From: a candidate division FCPU426 bacterium
GTDB lineage: Bacteria; Oederibacteriota; Muellerivitia; Muellerivitales; Muellerivitaceae
Assembly (NCBI GenBank): GCA_963796105.1
Contig: CAWCKJ010000006.1
Coordinates: 128,001-192,000, forward strand
DNA length: 64,000 nucleotides
Reading direction: 5' to 3'
Shown piece after piece: positions 59,462-64,000 of this stretch (position 1 is its first letter; each line of letters begins with the position of its first letter). A program made the position numbers and the translations under genes. The notes below the pieces were generated by a model, which did not search any database, was not told the origin of the DNA, and was given only the letters and a program-made list of their open reading frames with translations.

Positions 59462-60544
59462 TTAAGGGTTGTACTTCATGACCGTAATCTTGCCGCCGTG
59501 GTTCGAATCCGCGAAAGCCACGTAAGGGATGGAGCCATTGAGGGCCATCGAGGTGTAAAAAGCTCCCTCGGGAGAGAACCCAGGGCTCCCCACGTTCACC
59601 CATTTGGTTCCGTTGAAGGTCATCACCGTGGATGAGCCGTTATTCCCCCCATCCTGGTAGGCCACATAAGGCGTGGACCCGTTGAAGGCCAAGTTGATGT
59701 ACCAAACCTGCCCGGCGGAAAAACTCGGGTTTCCCACGTTCACCCAACTGCTCCCGTTGTACGACATGACCGTGGTTCTCAGGTTCTCGTCTTGAAAAGC
59801 CACATAGGGCGTGCTTCCGTTGATGGCGATGGCGTTATAAAGGATATATCCGGAAGCAAAGCTCGCGCTCCCCACATACCACCAACTTCCCCCGGTGTAA
59901 TCCATCACCGAAGAACCGAAAGTCACATAGGGCGTGCTTCCATTGAAGGCCAGGGCCGGGTAAAGGCCCGAGCTAAAGCCAGGCGTCCCCACGTACTGCC
60001 AACTGGTCCCGCTATACATCATGACCGAATTCCCATTGCCATAAGCCCCGTCTATAAAAGCCACGTAGGGCGTGGAGCCGTTAAAGGCCAAAGACATGTT
60101 AACGGCATTCGCGCCGTTGAAGCTCGCCCCGCCTACTGTCACCCAGTTGCTCCCGTTAAAGGTCATCAGCATGCCGTAGTTGTAGTATCCCGAATCCGCG
60201 TAAGCAACATAGGGGTAGCCCCCGTACATGGCCATGGAGATCCAGGAGGGCCCCCCGGCGGAAAACCCCGGGCTCCCCACGGATGTCCAGGCGCTCCCGT
60301 TGTACATCATGACCGTGGCCTTGCCCCCGTTTCCCCCGTCCCCATAGGCTACGTAGGGCGTGGTACCGTTGAAGGCAATGGAGATATAAGTGACGGGTCC
60401 GGCTGAGAAACCAGCGCTTCCCACGGTCACCCAGTGGGTGTTAACGGGGCCAGTCGGGTTGGTGGTATTATTGGAACAGCCCCCCAGCCAAAACGCGGTT
60501 AATACCGCCCCCAGCGCCATCGCCCATGATTGAACTCGGTTCAT
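59462..60544 (-). CDS. Lipoprotein with seven ~46-aa repeats (probable 7-blade beta-propeller)
   Basis: Lipobox LGGC; repeat W..VG...FS.G.....LAFNGSTPYVA(Y/F).D seven times. Confidence 0.8.
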   Translation of the reverse strand: MNRVQSWAMALGAVLTAFWLGGCSNNTTNPTGPVNTHWVTVGSAGFSAGPVTYISIAFNGTTPYVAYGDGGNGGKATVMMYNGSAWTSVGSPGFSAGGPSWISMAMYGGYPYVAYADSGYYNYGMLMTFNGSNWVTVGGASFNGANAVNMSLAFNGSTPYVAFIDGAYGNGNSVMMYSGTSWQYVGTPGFSSGLYPALAFNGSTPYVTFGSSVMDYTGGSWWYVGSASFASGYILYNAIAINGSTPYVAFQDENLRTTVMSYNGSSWVNVGNPSFSAGQVWYINLAFNGSTPYVAYQDGGNNGSSTVMTFNGTKWVNVGSPGFSPEGAFYTSMALNGSIPYVAFADSNHGGKITVMKYNP

Positions 60545-60832
60545 GCCAGCCTCCCATGAAGAATTAAAAGAGGCTGGTATCGTACCGATTTCAAAATCCG
60601 GTTTATGGTTAATCGGTACATGTCAATTTCCTTTCCTGTTTAGATTCTTAGCCGGCATTTTACAAAACATTTATTGAGGTGGATATTAATATGCTGCGAA
60701 TTGAACAGCCTAATAACAAGGTAAATCGATCTTTCGCCTGTCCACGATCCCTGCGACAAGCCGGCCTGTCACCAGAAGCCAATGGGCGAAGGGGGAGGGC
60801 TTGACGCTCCCCGTCGTGGACAACAAAAGAAT

Positions 60833-61051
60833 CTACGACCAATTTTCAAGGGGGATACCGCTGCCTTCGATGATGCTTTTGAGAGTGCCAAGAGGGAGGT
60901 CTCTTCCCTTATGAAATGGCACGATGACCTGTTTTTCGGTTTGGGAGTTACGCCACTTTTGATGGCTCCCCTTGCTTGCGGCAAGGGAAAAACCATTATG
61001 CCGGAGTATTCGGATAATTTCATTCGGCTTAAGGCGGGGATATTTGGAACC
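60833..61051 (-). pseudogene. hicA: HicA mRNA interferase lacking an in-frame start codon
   Basis: A frame not in the ORF track reads GSKYPRLKPNEIIRILRHNGF...KGSHQKW...VIVPFHKGRDLPLGTLKSII; the TTG at 61053 is out of frame. Confidence 0.8.
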
Positions 61052-61055
61052 AAGG

Positions 61056-61259
61056 TTAAAGGGCTAGTGCTTTGACTTTTGCGTTTTTGGCGAAATGGAT
61101 TTTCGGGGAAGGCTCAAGATATAGCTCAATGGCTTCATGGATGTTCTTCATGGCCTCTTTTTCCGTATCTCCGCAGCTTGTACAGCCAGGAAGTTCGGGG
61201 CAATAGACCGCGTAGGATTTCGTTTGTTTGTCGTATTCTAAAACAACCCGAATTTGCAT
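61056..61259 (-). CDS. hicB: HicB antitoxin (short form)
   Basis: YAVYCPELPGCTSCGDTEKEAMKNIHEAIELYLE; RBS GGAGG. Confidence 0.9.
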   Translation of the reverse strand: MQIRVVLEYDKQTKSYAVYCPELPGCTSCGDTEKEAMKNIHEAIELYLEPSPKIHFAKNAKVKALAL

Positions 61260-61454
61260 GGTTACCTCCGGAATTCAAAACATTGTATTACATAGGCATG
61301 CAAACTGTCCGAAACCGTTTGGAATGTCTATGTATTTGTTTGCCCCTTCGGTTCCCAGTCGTGGACAAGTCTATAAATTCAAAATTTAACATTCAAAATT
61401 CATAATTGTTGTACAATCCTCCCCGTTGTGGACAACCTATTCCTCAACCCCTGA

Positions 61455-61709
61455 TCATTTGAACCTGACGCAGAGAACGTTATAAAGCCAGGCTAGAACG
61501 ACACCGCCCACCCCTCCATCCACCAGGCCATAAGCAGCCCCGATCAAACTTCCGGCGGGGCTGATGTCATAACCCCGATAGATGTGTCCAAGCAACATCA
61601 GGTCGTGGGTTGACCCCTCGAAAAGGATGACCCACCAAGTCAAGCCTAAGACTCCCAGGCCCCACAACAAACCACAAGTCAATCCGAACGCTTTGATGTT
61701 TATCTTCAT
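61455..61709 (-). CDS. Small 2-TM membrane protein (resembles proteins annotated as putative holins)
   Basis: MKINIKAFGLTCGLLWG...GY.ISPAGSLIG..YGLVDG..GG...AWLYN. Confidence 0.65.
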   Translation of the reverse strand: MKINIKAFGLTCGLLWGLGVLGLTWWVILFEGSTHDLMLLGHIYRGYDISPAGSLIGAAYGLVDGGVGGVVLAWLYNVLCVRFK

Positions 61710-62095
61710 CACAACCCCCTTTTTATTTACCACTGTCAAACCTTCTCCCTTTATCCATGAAAGGTCCCCATCATGGACGCGTTTATCAATGCGACCATTT
61801 GAAGTAGAGGCCCGTAACAACGGGCCACACTTCAGGGGTATCCCGTAGCGTGTTGCCGAACTTGCCCTGTAGCGTATCGCGAAACGATTCTGCTAACCGG
61901 GAGGCAACTCTGCTACTGGGATCCCCGCCGTGGACAAGTCATTTAATTCGAAACTTTAAATTCGAAACCCATGCTGAAATTGCCGAAGTATTGATTTTTT
62001 ATCCAGTTTTAATTTATACCTTCATTCATAATTCGAAATTCAGAATTTAAAATTGTGTTTAACCTTACCCTCCCCGTCATGGACATTACTTTTTT

Positions 62096-62506
62096 TCAAG
62101 ACCAGGGATTTAAAAGCTTCAATCCGGTAAATGAAAAGTCCTGGGTATTACGGGTGACCAAGGTGAGATTGTGGGTAATTGCTGTTGCGGCTAGAAACGC
62201 GTCCACTGTCGGCAAGGGGCGATTGGCCTGGGCTTCTAAGAGACCCCAAACTTCGGCAACTTTGAGATCAACCGGTAATATCCTTTCCTCAAATTGAATC
62301 GGAATATCCTTTTCCAGGAATTGAACAAGCTTGGTTTTTCGGGAACCGTGTTCCATTTTTTCAATTCCTTTGCGGATTTCTCCCACGGTCAAAACGCTCA
62401 AGTAAAGCGAGGCCTGGTCCGCGCCCCTCAGCCAATTTGATACCTTGGGTTCCGGATGTTTCTTAAAGAGTTCGGAAAGGACATTAGTGTCCAAAAGGTA
62501 TCTCAA
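62096..62506 (-). CDS. vapC: VapC PIN-domain toxin
   Basis: YLLDTNVLSE, SVLTVGEI, DAFLAATA and LVTRNTQDF. Confidence 0.92.
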   Translation of the reverse strand: MRYLLDTNVLSELFKKHPEPKVSNWLRGADQASLYLSVLTVGEIRKGIEKMEHGSRKTKLVQFLEKDIPIQFEERILPVDLKVAEVWGLLEAQANRPLPTVDAFLAATAITHNLTLVTRNTQDFSFTGLKLLNPWS

Positions 62507-62751
62507 AGCTTCACCTTGCGGGAGACGGATTTATTCCTTCGAAACTGATGGTCCAGGCCGTGAAAAGGAGAATCCCTGAAAAACTCAACCAGGTTGGGTT
62601 TGGCTTTTCTCAGGCGCTCATAGTCCTTTTTGGAAATCACAACAGCTTCCTCACGGCCATGCAATGTAATGGATTGCGGGCCGTTGTTTTTCACTGTTCG
62701 AATTAGTTCGCTGAACCTGGCCTTGGCGGTTTGCAGTTGCCATGAAGTCAT
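62503..62751 (-). CDS. Phd/YefM antitoxin
   Basis: WQLQTAKARFSELI...GPQSITLHG..AVVIS...Y. Confidence 0.9.
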   Translation of the reverse strand: MTSWQLQTAKARFSELIRTVKNNGPQSITLHGREEAVVISKKDYERLRKAKPNLVEFFRDSPFHGLDHQFRRNKSVSRKVKL

Positions 62752-62774
62752 AGATGGCCCCCCTTAGAAAATAA

Positions 62775-62820
62775 CTGACTATTCTGACTAGATTCTATAT
62801 AAGCCCGGGCGTTTTGTCAA
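62775..62820 (-). promoter_or_regulatory. Sigma70 promoter of phd-vapC with direct-repeat operator
   Basis: TTGACA(62820-62815)-17-TAGAAT(62797-62792); CTGACTA occurs twice at 62775-62790. Confidence 0.7.
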
Positions 62821-62993
62821 TTTTCGCCGCTCATCATTGAATCCGCGCCTGATAACGAACGGCATCATAATATTGAATCGGCAACTTTTCTTTTTCCCCA
62901 TTGTCTATTGCACCTTTTCATCGGAAACAAAAAGGCCATTTCGAAGTTTCAACCCAAAATGCGATGGGGAAGCATCAAGGGCAGGGAACCGTC

Positions 62994-64000
62994 TTAAGAT
63001 TTCATCATGCGCTTGTAAAAGGCGTTGCGCCGGGCTGAGGCGGGGGACTTGTAGACCTGAACCCTGCCTTTCTCGATCACCATCACCTGGTCAGCGCCCC
63101 GGGCCAGGGCCGGGTGGTGGGTCAAGGCCAGGATGGTGCAATGTCCCCGCAAACCCTTGAGCGCTTTCAAGATCAGGTCCTCGTTGGCCTTGTCGAGGTT
63201 GGCAGTCGCCTCATCCAATACCATCAACCGGGGTTTCGCCAGCAGGGCCCGGGCGATCTGGAGACGCTGGCGCTCGCCGAGTGACAAGGGGCCGTGCCCA
63301 TCGACCAGGAAGGTGTTCAAGCCCAGGGGAAGGCCCCGGACGACATCCGCCAAACCAGCCGCCGACAAGGCCTCCCAAGAGCGGCGTTCATTCGTGCCAG
63401 GCACCTGGTATAAAAGATTCTCCCTCAGGGTTGCGCTGAACAATACGCCGTCGGCCGAAACCAGGGACGCCGCCTGGCGCAGGTCTTCCTCGGCAAGGTC
63501 ATGGATGTCCTGGCCGTCCAGGAGGATTTTCCCGCGGGTCGCCGGCCTCAGCCCCAGGATCAACTCGGCCAAGGTGCTCTTGCCGGACCCGGAAGGCCCC
63601 ACCAAGGCGTTCAACTTTCCGGGAAGAAGGGAGAAAGAGACTTGGCGCAGGACCTTGGCTCCATGCCCATATTGGTAGTCCAAGCCCTCGACACTCACTA
63701 GGCCCGGGCCCGGCTTCAAGGGATGATTGCCGAAGTTTTCCGGCTTGCGGACCGCCAGCCGAAGGCCCCGGCGGAAAGACCCGATATGTTCCTGGATCAC
63801 GACCGCCATTCCCGATAGCGAATCCAAGGGGTCGTAAACCTGGTCGATATAGGCTACCAACATCACCACATCCCCCGGGGTCAACTGTCTTTCAAAGGCC
63901 TTCCATCCGCCCACCAGGAGCACGAGTGCCTTGCTCACCTGGACCAGGAACTCCTGGCCGAAAAGGGACCAGGAACCCAAACGGTCCTTCTGGACGGCTC
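62994..64000 (-). CDS. ABC transporter permease/ATP-binding fusion (5' end outside window)
   Basis: Walker A GPSGSGKS, signature LSLGERQR, Walker B LDEATANLD, preceded by TM domain. Confidence 0.9.
   Translation of the reverse strand, partial: AVQKDRLGSWSLFGQEFLVQVSKALVLLVGGWKAFERQLTPGDVVMLVAYIDQVYDPLDSLSGMAVVIQEHIGSFRRGLRLAVRKPENFGNHPLKPGPGLVSVEGLDYQYGHGAKVLRQVSFSLLPGKLNALVGPSGSGKSTLAELILGLRPATRGKILLDGQDIHDLAEEDLRQAASLVSADGVLFSATLRENLLYQVPGTNERRSWEALSAAGLADVVRGLPLGLNTFLVDGHGPLSLGERQRLQIARALLAKPRLMVLDEATANLDKANEDLILKALKGLRGHCTILALTHHPALARGADQVMVIEKGRVQVYKSPASARRNAFYKRMMKS

Larger units (their letters stand above)
56352..62085 (+). repeat. 13 dispersed, co-oriented copies of TCCCCRTCRTGGAC(AA) delimiting gene cassettes
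   Basis: The TC of the motif starts at 56366, 57242, 57309, 57655, 57696, 58556, 59426, 60808, 61353, 61420, 61765, 61922 and 62071; not noticed elsewhere in the window. Confidence 0.92.

Noticed and set aside
60769..61075. Listed ORFs 60769-61053 (-) and 60782-61075 (+)
   Set aside because: A third frame carries the clear HicA sequence, so these are alternative-frame artefacts.
56352..62085. CRISPR array interpretation of the 13 repeats
   Set aside because: Repeats are only ~15 bp and degenerate, intervals range from ~40 to ~1400 bp and contain whole genes, and no cas genes are present.
56352..62751. Canonical integron or attC cluster
   Set aside because: No RYYYAAC...GTTRRRY boxes at the gene boundaries and no tyrosine integrase in the window.

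Overview
Bacterial chromosomal window with four parts. (1) 1-1528: the 3' part of gltX, a GNAT gene and tRNA-Gln(CTG). (2) ~1529-11560: an AT-rich island next to the tRNA. It carries a large serine recombinase whose stop codon lies inside the tRNA, a nested repeat tract, an MNT-HEPN toxin-antitoxin pair, a fused Type IIG restriction-modification gene and a DUF4062-like + HEAT-repeat pair. (3) ~12000-56250: housekeeping genes mixed with seven secreted proteins built as signal peptide / functional domain / Thr-Pro linker / conserved C-terminal domain (three GH12-like, one GH74-like, three adhesin-like). Also here: two GT-C glycosyltransferases, a shared LacI-type operator, an IS1595 that splits one gene and an IS4 inserted at a GH12 promoter. 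(4) 56352-62751, the most unusual part: 13 co-oriented copies of TCCCCRTCRTGGAC(AA) separate four toxin-antitoxin modules and other small genes like integron cassettes, but with no attC consensus and no adjacent integrase. Conservation stops exactly at a central TC dinucleotide, which suggests a cassette array built by a serine-type recombinase. All family calls come from reading motifs by eye; no database search was run.
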